In this document: positions 50,685-59,745 of the stretch, in pieces
How the letters are laid out: each line of letters opens with the position of its first letter
Numbering within the stretch: position 1 is the first letter of the stretch
The notes under the pieces: model-generated
Database searches by the model: none
Told to the model about the DNA's origin: nothing
The model's input: only the letters and a program-made list of their open reading frames with translations
Translations under genes and position numbers: made by a program
From: a virus
Lineage: Duplodnaviria; Heunggongvirae; Uroviricota; Caudoviricetes
IMG/VR virus record: IMGVR_UViG_3300028886_000061
Location: 9,635-73,634 of that record
Direction: 5' to 3' (one strand)
Length of the DNA stretch: 64,000 bases

Positions 50685-52519
50685 TATCTTTCATATGTAT
50701 ATTTACCGAGGGTTACCATTTCAAACTTATCGTTAAGAATATAATATGTTCCTCCATTCACTTCGCCGGGAAGAAGATTACCATCAATGGTAAAGATCAC
50801 ATCCCTGGAAGTACGGCCTGTTTCTATGAAGTCAACGCCCTCAATGCGAATATAGAATATATCAACCTTTGACTTATATTTGTTAAGATTAATACCGATA
50901 TTTTCCGATACCTCCGGATGGACGACTATATTGGATACACTCTCACTACGGTAGAACACCGGGTGAATGATATTAGCCTTGTAATCCTCCGGTCTGGTTA
51001 CCTGAATAATTTTCTTTTGTATTTTATTGACCACACTTACATTATACTCAAACATATTTACATAATCTATTTTTATACGTTTCCCATCCGATACATTTGT
51101 CGGTACCAAAAAACGATAATTATCCTGTATCAAAGGAATCTCATTGGTGATGATGGATATAATAGGGAAGTTCGTTTCCCTAATTTCTTCTATATTATTA
51201 AGATTTGTATCATATACCTCGACACTACCAACCATTATCAATCCCTCACCATACCAATTCCAATCGTGTCCAATCTCGGAACGATCAAAGAAGTACGAGG
51301 AACCACTTTTCAACAGTTTTGTATGTATTGCAAAGATATCCTCTTTATCCCTTATAACCAATTCAACTATAATTCTGTTCTCACGTGGAACCAACCTATT
51401 CTCATCGATCATACCGGTTTGTGGGTCTGGTTCAATCACCTCACCATTTTCATCCACATACTCACCCATCTCATTTACTTTCCAAAGGCCATAAGTTTCA
51501 CCTAAATAAAGATCGATATCATCTTGATACACTTCATTGAATAATATGGATATTCGGGCATCCCCATCGAACTCGAGTTTTGCATGCAGGTAATCTGATG
51601 GTTTGGCCTCGAATGGTATGCTTACGGTTCCACAGTCGTACTCGCTCATTCGATGATACTCACCATTCAATCGAATGGTATAACGGAAAGCCTCATTAAA
51701 CTCAAGTTCATCCGTCTGTTTCTCTTTATATATACCGTAATCATTATAGTAGCGTTTATAGTATGAGTATTTATTGGTATTCTCATTTTTCACCCTATAC
51801 ACATACACATCCTTGTAGTTTCTATCCAGATAATGGTACATATCCATATTAGGGCTTGCATACTCATTATACGAAGGTACATGCATTACCGGTTCCAACT
51901 GGATATGTAATACAGCACCTGTGTTATTCGTATAAGGTAACTCACCACACACATTGACCCTAAACGGTTTCCAAATATCATCATATGTGATTGCAACTGG
52001 ATCAAGAATAGCCATCTCAACACACATATTGTAATCCATATTCTTATACTTTACCTTCTCCGGTGTGGCAAGTGCTGATCGTGGATCAAACATATAACTA
52101 CCCAATATCACCTTGGTACCGGCTATATATATGTAAGCAGTCATTATATAACGTATACCGGAAAGGGATAATTCATTATCATCACTAAAGGTGTTATCAA
52201 AGAACGACTCAATAGAATAACGGGGGAAGTATACCACAATTTGACGTTGATCTATACGTTGTGGTATATAATAGTTAGTGTGATATCTTTCATCAATACT
52301 CCAGGTGTTAAGATTACATACCATATTATATATCTCGGACCCGTTGAAATTATCAATCACTTTATTGTTACGGAAGAACTGAACACAATCCCTATGTTCC
52401 GTATTTGTTGCATAATGATAGAATCCGTTGGTGATTTGGGTAAATATATCCCTAACCTCCACCATATAACGGAGTTGCTTATCATCATGCACTATATTAA
52501 GTTGAGCTCTTTGTTTCAT
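50684..52519 (-). CDS. virion structural protein (about 610 aa), putative baseplate hub/spike region
   Basis: Upstream of gp25-like gene; track start 52564 is TTG, first ATG at 52519. Confidence 0.35.
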   Translation of the reverse strand: MKQRAQLNIVHDDKQLRYMVEVRDIFTQITNGFYHYATNTEHRDCVQFFRNNKVIDNFNGSEIYNMVCNLNTWSIDERYHTNYYIPQRIDQRQIVVYFPRYSIESFFDNTFSDDNELSLSGIRYIMTAYIYIAGTKVILGSYMFDPRSALATPEKVKYKNMDYNMCVEMAILDPVAITYDDIWKPFRVNVCGELPYTNNTGAVLHIQLEPVMHVPSYNEYASPNMDMYHYLDRNYKDVYVYRVKNENTNKYSYYKRYYNDYGIYKEKQTDELEFNEAFRYTIRLNGEYHRMSEYDCGTVSIPFEAKPSDYLHAKLEFDGDARISILFNEVYQDDIDLYLGETYGLWKVNEMGEYVDENGEVIEPDPQTGMIDENRLVPRENRIIVELVIRDKEDIFAIHTKLLKSGSSYFFDRSEIGHDWNWYGEGLIMVGSVEVYDTNLNNIEEIRETNFPIISIITNEIPLIQDNYRFLVPTNVSDGKRIKIDYVNMFEYNVSVVNKIQKKIIQVTRPEDYKANIIHPVFYRSESVSNIVVHPEVSENIGINLNKYKSKVDIFYIRIEGVDFIETGRTSRDVIFTIDGNLLPGEVNGGTYYILNDKFEMVTLGKYTYER

Positions 52520-52686
52520 ATAATTGACGAATTTATCGTTATAAATATAATAAATATACGACAAACACTTTCTTATTAATCACTGATAATATTATTAGTC
52601 ATTCAAAACACCTTGTGAATTTTCATATATTATACCAAGAGGCATCAAACAGACGTCCTTTGTACCTCAAAATTAAATATTGAAAT

Positions 52687-53367
52687 ATGATATTAGATTA
52701 CGAATATTCGCGAGACAAAAAACAGTTTAGTATCTCGTTTATCCGTGCGGATGGTAATAAGGAGGTTATGCACTTCGATAATATTCAAAAGTTCCTCACA
52801 TATTACTACACTCCGGGAGGACGATTCAACACCTGGAATGGAGCCAAGGCAGATACTAAATATACCTACAATCCAAGCAAGTTTGACCTTAAAGAGTTTA
52901 TATATAATCTTGCACCAGAGATCCAGGAGAAATTGGATGGTAAGGCATTCCCAAAATTATATACATTCGATATTGAGACCCGGTTGAAGTCGGGTCCCCA
53001 CGGTGAGGTCGGACAAGGTGACTTTACCGAAGCAACAGTCGCTGATGAACCTATCCATACTATCTCGTTGGTATCCCCGAATATGAATAGTGTTGTTATG
53101 GGTGATAAACCTTTAAATGACGCACAAATTCAATGGGTTAGAGACCAGTTCTATGCATACCTTGATAGTATTCCCTTCTATAGAACCCTTAACCTTCCAA
53201 GACCTGAGTTCAAATATGTGTATTTTGATAGTGAGGAAAGGATGTTACGTTTCTTCCTCGAGAATGTGGTAGCCAAGGTGCCAATCCTTGCCGGTTGGAA
53301 CTCCATCGGATACGACTGGTGTTATATCACATCCCGTATTAAGAACTTCTATTCAAACATCGGGTAG
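52687..53367 (+). CDS. DNA polymerase family B (T4 gp43-like), N-terminal 3'-5' exonuclease segment (Exo I, Exo II)
   Basis: Exo I FDIET, Exo II GWNSIGYDWCYITSRIKNF aligning to RB69 GWNVESFAIPYVYNRIKNIF; ends GGG-TAG. Confidence 0.75.
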   Translation: MILDYEYSRDKKQFSISFIRADGNKEVMHFDNIQKFLTYYYTPGGRFNTWNGAKADTKYTYNPSKFDLKEFIYNLAPEIQEKLDGKAFPKLYTFDIETRLKSGPHGEVGQGDFTEATVADEPIHTISLVSPNMNSVVMGDKPLNDAQIQWVRDQFYAYLDSIPFYRTLNLPRPEFKYVYFDSEERMLRFFLENVVAKVPILAGWNSIGYDWCYITSRIKNFYSNIG

Positions 53368-53423
53368 CCGATGGTTCTGCAACTCATACAGTATCATATA
53401 AGAACTTCACCAATATGAAAGGT
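53358..53423 (+). other. candidate recoding/bypass site in polB: take-off GGG-UAG in hairpin, 56-nt gap, re-entry at GGU
   Basis: Hairpin catcgg-gtag-ccgatg (53358-53373) encloses GGG (53362-64) and UAG (53365-67); joining at ggt 53421-23 gives ungapped alignment to RB69 gp43. Confidence 0.4.
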
Positions 53424-55652
53424 GAAACCATCAAGATGCCACATCCTACCCATACACTTATCTTGGATATGATGGATGTAATCGAAAATGAGGATACTCA
53501 AGTACTTCCTACCAAGGAGTCAATGAACCTTGATTACATCTCACACGAGGCTTTGGGTGCCAATAAAGTGGAATACGAAGGCAACCTCGAGGAATTGTAC
53601 ATCAAAGACTTTGCTAAATATGTCTTTTACAACTTGATCGATAGTATTTTGGTTCAGTTAAACGACAAGAAGTTCAAGTCGATGGACCATATATATATGT
53701 ATTCACTTTATGCAAAGGAACGCATCGGTCAGTGTTTTAGTAAGATTGCCTTGACTGAATCCCTTATTCTTAAACACTTCCGTACAACCAACACCAAGAT
53801 TGTATGGGAACAGAAAGAACAAGTGGAACGCGGTCGATTGGTTGGTGCATATGTAAAGATGCCGGTTGCTGGTCTTTGGGAGTTGGTTTGTTGTAATGAC
53901 TTTGCCGGACTGTATCCAACCACCGGTATTGTAACCAACATCTCATTCGATAACTTTGTTGGTACCTTCTACGATGAGGAGAAACTGGCTCCATACAGAC
54001 AGGATCCGGCACGTTACATTGTGGTGTGTGGTAATGTGTATCGTAATAAGGGTTCACTGGCTAAACCAGAACTCGGAGAGTTCGTTGCCCAGTACCTTGA
54101 TGAGGAAGCATTGGCACCATACCGTAAGGATAAGAACTACTTTGTATCCATCAACGGACACGTATATAAAAACGATAAAGACTATACCTTGAAACTGGTA
54201 TGGAATAACCTTCGTTTGGAACGTAAAAAGAGCAAGTATCTGTCCAAGAAACTGGATGCTCATATTGCAATGGATATCAACCATATACTCCGTTGTTATA
54301 CAGACCACCCAGAACTGGGTATCAAAGAACTTAATCACGATATCCTCAATAAATATGATGAGAGTGAGATCGAACACCTTAAAGCAATGGGATACGATTT
54401 CAAGAGTGGTGAGGATCTTGTGGGTATGAGCGTGGATGATCTGAAGGTACTCCAACGCATTATCAAAACAGAGATTACATATCTTGCCAACCTTGAACAG
54501 GCCATCAAACTTATGATGAATAGTATATATGGAGGAACCTCGCACCAGGCATTCTATTGGTTCAATATTGCACTGGCCAATGATGTTACCGGTGAGGGAC
54601 GTAATCTCACCCATCATATGGAACGTCACCTTAATGAGTTCTGGAGAGATGCTTGGCAAACCAATCCGGATCTTAAGAAGATTCAGGATGAACTGGGTAT
54701 CAAACTTAAACCCAAGGAGGTTATTGACCAAATCCTTAAAGACTCACACGATAACTCATTGGTAACGTGCGTGTATGGTGATACTGACTCCTTATATCTA
54801 TCATATAAGGACCTCATTGATACCATTGAGGGATCCGAGAAGTTTGACCTCCACGACAAACTGAAGATCATTCTTAAGATCAACACGGAGTTCCTTGACA
54901 AACACAACAAGGAACACCTCCGGGATTACTTCCTTTCGCGTAATGTTCGTCCGAATACTGCGGATCTGGAAGACTTCGAATTGGAGACGGTCAATAAACG
55001 AGGTGTATGGCTCCACGAAACCAAGAAACGTTACGGACAAATCCTGCTATGGAAAGAGGGTAAGTTCTTTGATATGGATGACCTCCCGATTAAGGTTAAG
55101 GGCCTTGAGATTATCAAATCGTCTTATCCAACCCTGTCCCGTAAGCAACTCAAACAAATGCTTCGCTTTATGCTGGAGTATGATGGTAAGTATCTTACCC
55201 AGGAGTTGAACCTATTGTCACAAAAGTTCCTCAAAGAATTCGAAACTGCAGATATTGACCTTGTCAGTGGTAACCTGAAGGTGAACGGATATGCGCAGAA
55301 GATTATCCAGGATACTAACCCCAATGGATTTGAAACCGTTAAGGGTGCATCGTTTAATATCAAAGCACTTGCAATGTATAACTGGTTGAATAACGTACAT
55401 CATTTTGGTTCGGAACCAATATATGGAGGTAAACTTAAATACTACACAATAAAGGGTTCCAGTGAAAAGAATGGTGATATATACTTCGCATATGAAGGTA
55501 CTAAATATCCAAAATGGGCAGACCAATATGCTCCATCGGATCGCAAACGAATGTATAAGAAATTCGTTCTTGACCCCATCAACCGTATTCTTGGTAGTGC
55601 TGGTATGCCTCTCCTGCGTGTCGATGGAAGTATTCAGATTGCATTGTTCTAA
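53415..55652 (+). CDS. DNA polymerase family B (T4 gp43-like), polymerase segment
   Basis: LDYISHEALG..YNLIDSILV aligns to RB69 LDYISEFELN..YNIIDVYRV; motif B KLMMNSIYG; motif C YGDTDS; homology begins at 53421. Confidence 0.75.
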   Translation: MKGETIKMPHPTHTLILDMMDVIENEDTQVLPTKESMNLDYISHEALGANKVEYEGNLEELYIKDFAKYVFYNLIDSILVQLNDKKFKSMDHIYMYSLYAKERIGQCFSKIALTESLILKHFRTTNTKIVWEQKEQVERGRLVGAYVKMPVAGLWELVCCNDFAGLYPTTGIVTNISFDNFVGTFYDEEKLAPYRQDPARYIVVCGNVYRNKGSLAKPELGEFVAQYLDEEALAPYRKDKNYFVSINGHVYKNDKDYTLKLVWNNLRLERKKSKYLSKKLDAHIAMDINHILRCYTDHPELGIKELNHDILNKYDESEIEHLKAMGYDFKSGEDLVGMSVDDLKVLQRIIKTEITYLANLEQAIKLMMNSIYGGTSHQAFYWFNIALANDVTGEGRNLTHHMERHLNEFWRDAWQTNPDLKKIQDELGIKLKPKEVIDQILKDSHDNSLVTCVYGDTDSLYLSYKDLIDTIEGSEKFDLHDKLKIILKINTEFLDKHNKEHLRDYFLSRNVRPNTADLEDFELETVNKRGVWLHETKKRYGQILLWKEGKFFDMDDLPIKVKGLEIIKSSYPTLSRKQLKQMLRFMLEYDGKYLTQELNLLSQKFLKEFETADIDLVSGNLKVNGYAQKIIQDTNPNGFETVKGASFNIKALAMYNWLNNVHHFGSEPIYGGKLKYYTIKGSSEKNGDIYFAYEGTKYPKWADQYAPSDRKRMYKKFVLDPINRILGSAGMPLLRVDGSIQIALF

Positions 55653-55721
55653 TAATTTATGGGGCTCGCTTTTAGAACCCCTTTTAAATTTTATATATTA
55701 TTTTGAAATAAATACATATCA

Positions 55722-56720
55722 ATGAAGGAATATTCATACACAATCCATTCTTCCTCCGGTAATGAAACTGCCTTTGTACTTAAGGGTAATCACATCACCA
55801 TTATATATCACGATATCCTTAATTCGATCGCTCATTTCGTAATGGAACATTATGATAAACCCGAGCATGATAATGCATTGATACTTGTCAATACACTCCC
55901 GTCCGATATTATGCTGCAGGAGTTGAAGCTTAACGAATGTTCGATTAAGATATTCTATAATCTTGAACAGTATGTTATGGGTAAGGTTAATGAGGGTACA
56001 AAGAGTTACTTCGAAAATGTATTGTTCGAATATATGAGAGCCCATAATTTCGATGAGATATGGGATTTCCTGATGGAAGACTATGAGTTTATGCCAAATG
56101 ATCTCATTAAAAAATTCAGATTTGTACCTCCACGATATTCTCACTACTTTGATGCAGTTAGAGAAACCATTAAGGCTCGCCGCGAAGCTATTAATCCACG
56201 ATATGATCTATTCTTTTCGGGTCTCCACGATACAGATACCCGTCTGTGGACCTTGGCTAATATCCAATCCAACAAATATACTACCCAGGGAATCAAATTT
56301 ATTACATCATCTGGTTATAACAATGTGAATAACTACGACTTACAATCTATGTGTAAATTTGCACTTGACTACCCTCACTATTCCCTTACTGATCAGACCC
56401 AAACCACAACCAGGGTGTACGATATGGTGATGTGTGGTAACTGTGTTATTGGTCATTATAATCCAAAATTTATCAATTACTTTGAAGGTATCATCATTCC
56501 GGTGCAAGGCGACAATCAAACCGTGTTTGCCAATAACGTAAAAGATGTATGTCATAGTGATAAACCATATTATAATGGACATGAGATATACAAGGAATAT
56601 ACCTATACGGATGAAGCATATGATGCATTCCGTAAGAAGTTCATTCAAAAATATTTTGATTTAACAGGTATCAATGCATCTGCATATGCAGGACTACCTT
56701 TATTTAGTGCCAAAAATTAA
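55722..56720 (+). CDS. putative GT-B fold glycosyltransferase
   Basis: C-terminal RVYDMVMCGNCVIG matches GT-B hxxEAMACGxPVI helix and T4 beta-glucosyltransferase RVWETMASDAVMLI. Confidence 0.35.
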   Translation: MKEYSYTIHSSSGNETAFVLKGNHITIIYHDILNSIAHFVMEHYDKPEHDNALILVNTLPSDIMLQELKLNECSIKIFYNLEQYVMGKVNEGTKSYFENVLFEYMRAHNFDEIWDFLMEDYEFMPNDLIKKFRFVPPRYSHYFDAVRETIKARREAINPRYDLFFSGLHDTDTRLWTLANIQSNKYTTQGIKFITSSGYNNVNNYDLQSMCKFALDYPHYSLTDQTQTTTRVYDMVMCGNCVIGHYNPKFINYFEGIIIPVQGDNQTVFANNVKDVCHSDKPYYNGHEIYKEYTYTDEAYDAFRKKFIQKYFDLTGINASAYAGLPLFSAKN

Positions 56721-56749
56721 TATATTTAATAAATAAACATAATAAGATT

Positions 56750-57334
56750 ATGCAACTTACAGGTAAACAAATCGTTGAAGAAGGTCTTGTTACTAACTAT
56801 GTTCCCGAAGCAGTCCAGCAGCAAGGTATGGATGTACGCCTGATGAAAGTACGCCGGTTTGGCCATCGAGCAGAATCATGTCGTGATATTGATGGTCCTA
56901 AGTGGGAAAAGAACTTTCATCTTGACGAAATCGGGTTCATTCCAGCACAGGGTAAAACCAAACTTCCCAAGTCAGAGGAAATCATCCCCCAGGAATATAC
57001 TCGCGATGGATATACTTTCACCGGCTGGATTCTCGATCCCGGTTACTATGAGGTGATCTTCGATGAAGGTTGCAAGATGCCAAATAATCGGGTTATGGTT
57101 CTCATCTCCCGTTCCAGTGCAGTTCGTTGTGGCTCTTTCATTGAGTGTGGCCAATTCGATGCCGGTTTCAACACAGACCACATGGGTTGCTTCTTTAAGG
57201 TTGAAGAGCGTATCGCTATCGAAGAACACGCCCGTATTGCACAGCTCCGCTTCACAACTACAGAAGAGGTTGAAAGTGACAATATGTATAACGGCCAGTG
57301 GCAGAACGATAAACAAAGAAAAACACAGGCATAA
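56750..57334 (+). CDS. dCTP deaminase / dUTPase-superfamily protein
   Basis: MDVRLMKVRRF, LISRSSAVRCGS, FDAGFNTDHMGCFF align with E. coli Dcd VDVRLGNKFRTF, LDGRSSLARLGL, IDPGWSGCIVLEF. Confidence 0.55.
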   Translation: MQLTGKQIVEEGLVTNYVPEAVQQQGMDVRLMKVRRFGHRAESCRDIDGPKWEKNFHLDEIGFIPAQGKTKLPKSEEIIPQEYTRDGYTFTGWILDPGYYEVIFDEGCKMPNNRVMVLISRSSAVRCGSFIECGQFDAGFNTDHMGCFFKVEERIAIEEHARIAQLRFTTTEEVESDNMYNGQWQNDKQRKTQA

Positions 57335-58104
57335 TGCTCAAATACGCAAATACACAAGTGGTCTTCCAGGAATTTCCAGGGGAGACCACTTTCGCTATAA
57401 ACTTAACAAATTGCCCACATCACTGTGATGGATGTCACTCCCCTCATTTATGGAAGGATGAAGGTACACATCTTACAGTCGAGGAACTTTCAAGATTGAT
57501 TGCTCCCATAGAAAAGAACATCACCTGTATTGGTTTTATGGGTGGAGATGGTGATTTCAACGAACTCAACGATCTGGTCGGTGTGGCCCGGTGTATGTAT
57601 CCAACTCTCAAAATTGGTTGGTATAGTGGTAATGATGCTTGGTCGGATGAAATGATGCATCTATTTGACTACGTCAAATTCGGTTCCTATAAAAAGGAAC
57701 TCGGTGGATTGGATAGTCCAACCACAAACCAGATGATGTTTAAGCATATCTACAATGGTATAGGTCCCCAGGATAGTACTTTTGATATGTGGCTTAATAT
57801 CACAAAGTGTTTTTGGAGGGATACTTCCGAACCCGATAAAAAATACATATTGAGTATTACATATCATAAATTGGCTGTGATTCGAAAAATAATGCTTGAA
57901 TCATGTGTGTTCTCTATGATTGGTCTTACAACAGATGGATATGAAACCAAGGATGAAATGCCATCCGAGGAAGATTGGGTTAATGGTACTATTATGCTAC
58001 TCAATGGTCAAATTCCGCCAAAAGAATGTTATATACGAAAATATCGTAGAAAAATTGGAGAAAAAGAATGGGAGGAGTGTGAAGGAGAAGTTAAGATTCT
58101 GTAG
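57334..58104 (+). CDS. nrdG: anaerobic RNR activating enzyme NrdG (radical SAM) with C-terminal extension
   Basis: NCPHHCDGCHSP cluster matching GCxHxCxGCxN; IGFMGGDG SAM-binding motif. Confidence 0.7.
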   Translation: MLKYANTQVVFQEFPGETTFAINLTNCPHHCDGCHSPHLWKDEGTHLTVEELSRLIAPIEKNITCIGFMGGDGDFNELNDLVGVARCMYPTLKIGWYSGNDAWSDEMMHLFDYVKFGSYKKELGGLDSPTTNQMMFKHIYNGIGPQDSTFDMWLNITKCFWRDTSEPDKKYILSITYHKLAVIRKIMLESCVFSMIGLTTDGYETKDEMPSEEDWVNGTIMLLNGQIPPKECYIRKYRRKIGEKEWEECEGEVKIL

Positions 58105-58120
58105 TGTTCCTTTATATATT
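58103..58120 (+). promoter_or_regulatory. promoter-like box gtgttcctttatatatt upstream of 58147
   Basis: See 42655. Confidence 0.4.
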
Positions 58121-58146
58121 ATCAAGAACATTAAAAAGAAAGAACA

Positions 58147-58407
58147 ATGGAAAACCGATTTGAAATAACTGAAAGAGACCTTCCGAAAGAAAAGCGGAAC
58201 GAGCGAGTAACCATCGAGATGAGCAGGTACGACCTTGAAATCATCCTCCGCTCTTTGGACGAGTCGTACATAAGTGAGTTGTACAAGACCAAGTGGGAAC
58301 AGCAAAATCCAGGCGAATATCCTCCGCAATATTACTACAGCGGGAACAACATCACCAGAAAAATCAAAAGTACTATCAAGTATCTTAAAAGCCAAATCAA
58401 CAAATAA
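58147..58407 (+). CDS. hypothetical protein (86 aa)
   Basis: ORF; promoter-like motif at 58103-58120. Confidence 0.4.
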   Translation: MENRFEITERDLPKEKRNERVTIEMSRYDLEIILRSLDESYISELYKTKWEQQNPGEYPPQYYYSGNNITRKIKSTIKYLKSQINK

Positions 58408-58411
58408 CAAT

Positions 58412-58606
58412 ATGGAAGCAATCATTTCAATCGCACTTATCGCACTGGTAGTTATCCTGGGTAGCATCTGTTTCTGGCAGAGATTGATTATTAAGGTCAA
58501 CCGCAAGGACGCGGACACCATACAGAACAAGGTTTGGAAACTTCAGGACAAGTACTCCATTCCTGACGAGGAAATCCGCGCCTGCTTCTATCCCGAGCAT
58601 AATTAA
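58412..58606 (+). CDS. small single-pass membrane protein (64 aa)
   Basis: ATG at 58412; hydrophobic N-terminal helix IISIALIALVVILGSICF. Confidence 0.35.
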   Translation: MEAIISIALIALVVILGSICFWQRLIIKVNRKDADTIQNKVWKLQDKYSIPDEEIRACFYPEHN

Positions 58607-58617
58607 ATTAACGACAT

Positions 58618-58965
58618 ATGAAATACAAACTCACCATCAAACTGATCGGATGTGGACGTAATCTGCTCGATGAAATCAGAAACGACCTTGTTAAGGCATC
58701 GCAGGAGACAAACTACACAAAAGAATTTCCGGATGGATCCGTCATAACGACAGCAACAGACATTGTTATATCAGGTACAACAGTCACAATATGTTCAACG
58801 TTTACAGGTCACGGTCAGCAGTATGAGGATAATATGGAAAAGATGAATCGTGAGATACTCACCGGTGAGTTTCAGGCAGATTTCAAACGGCAATATTCGA
58901 ATTGCAAACCGGAGAATGGTTGCACAGATGTTAAAGCAAATGTCACTCAAATACCAACAGCATAA
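58618..58965 (+). CDS. hypothetical protein (115 aa)
   Basis: ORF. Confidence 0.4.
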   Translation: MKYKLTIKLIGCGRNLLDEIRNDLVKASQETNYTKEFPDGSVITTATDIVISGTTVTICSTFTGHGQQYEDNMEKMNREILTGEFQADFKRQYSNCKPENGCTDVKANVTQIPTA

Positions 58966-59123
58966 TGAACACAAAAAAGATTTTCACAAACATCGCAAAC
59001 AGTCTCAGCTTCTATCTTGAGGCAATTCACTTTATGACTCCCATCAGGGTACTTACCGGTGAGCAACTCCGGAGCACCAACGATCACGGATCAAAGAAAC
59101 GTAATAGATAAAATTCAATCAAT

Positions 59124-59627
59124 ATGACAAGACAAGAGTATCTTAATCAAAAAACAGAAGATGTGGCCCCTGTAAGTGGTACCATCAATAATCTCATCGA
59201 GTACCTCATTATTCGTAAACAATGCGAAGAGTTTGAGAGTAGGAATATCACAGAATTCCTCAATGAAGAAGACTACAAGGCGTTCGATGTCAACTTCAAT
59301 AAATGTCTCGAAAGTCTGCAATATAAGGATCCGGACGATGAGGATGATAAGACTGACATTGAGGAAGTCCGCGAGATGATGGAGCTCACCGGTTGGAAAT
59401 GGGCATACTCCGGTGAAGGTGGTAAATCAGCCGTTCCGAGTGAGAAACAGATCATCGACTGTATCAAGTACTGCTACGAAGAATCACTCAAATCCGGTCA
59501 TGCTCGTGGAGGCTGTGGTACCGGTGGAGTTAACGTGGAAACCGATATTCTGGATCACTCAGTACACATCACATTTGATCATTTCGATATCTCCTACAAT
59601 GATGGAGAAGATGATGGAGAGGAATAA
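59124..59627 (+). CDS. hypothetical acidic protein (167 aa)
   Basis: ORF. Confidence 0.4.
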   Translation: MTRQEYLNQKTEDVAPVSGTINNLIEYLIIRKQCEEFESRNITEFLNEEDYKAFDVNFNKCLESLQYKDPDDEDDKTDIEEVREMMELTGWKWAYSGEGGKSAVPSEKQIIDCIKYCYEESLKSGHARGGCGTGGVNVETDILDHSVHITFDHFDISYNDGEDDGEE

Positions 59628-59632
59628 TACCT

Positions 59633-59729
59633 GATTTTTGCGCGATAAATCGCTCCCTAATAAAAGATCTCATCGTCCCTTAGTAGTTATACAGGGGACG
59701 GTGAGATCGTTGTTTATTGAGGAGATTTT
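59633..59729. repeat. structured intergenic repeat element, copy D, between convergent stop codons
   Basis: Near-identical to copy C; stem gatctcatcgtccc/gggacggtgagatc with G-U wobble; loop ttagtagttatacag. Confidence 0.75.
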
Positions 59730-59745
59730 ATAATACTCGAAAACA

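Noticed and set aside
53365-53367. Alternative genetic code (TAG read as sense) explaining the polB interruption
   Set aside because: Reading through TAG in frame 1 hits TGA 20 codons later and never joins the homologous frame; other genes use TAG/TAA/TGA as normal stops
53365-53420. Group I/II intron or intein between polB halves
   Set aside because: Gap is only 56 nt, far too short for a self-splicing intron, and not in frame for an intein
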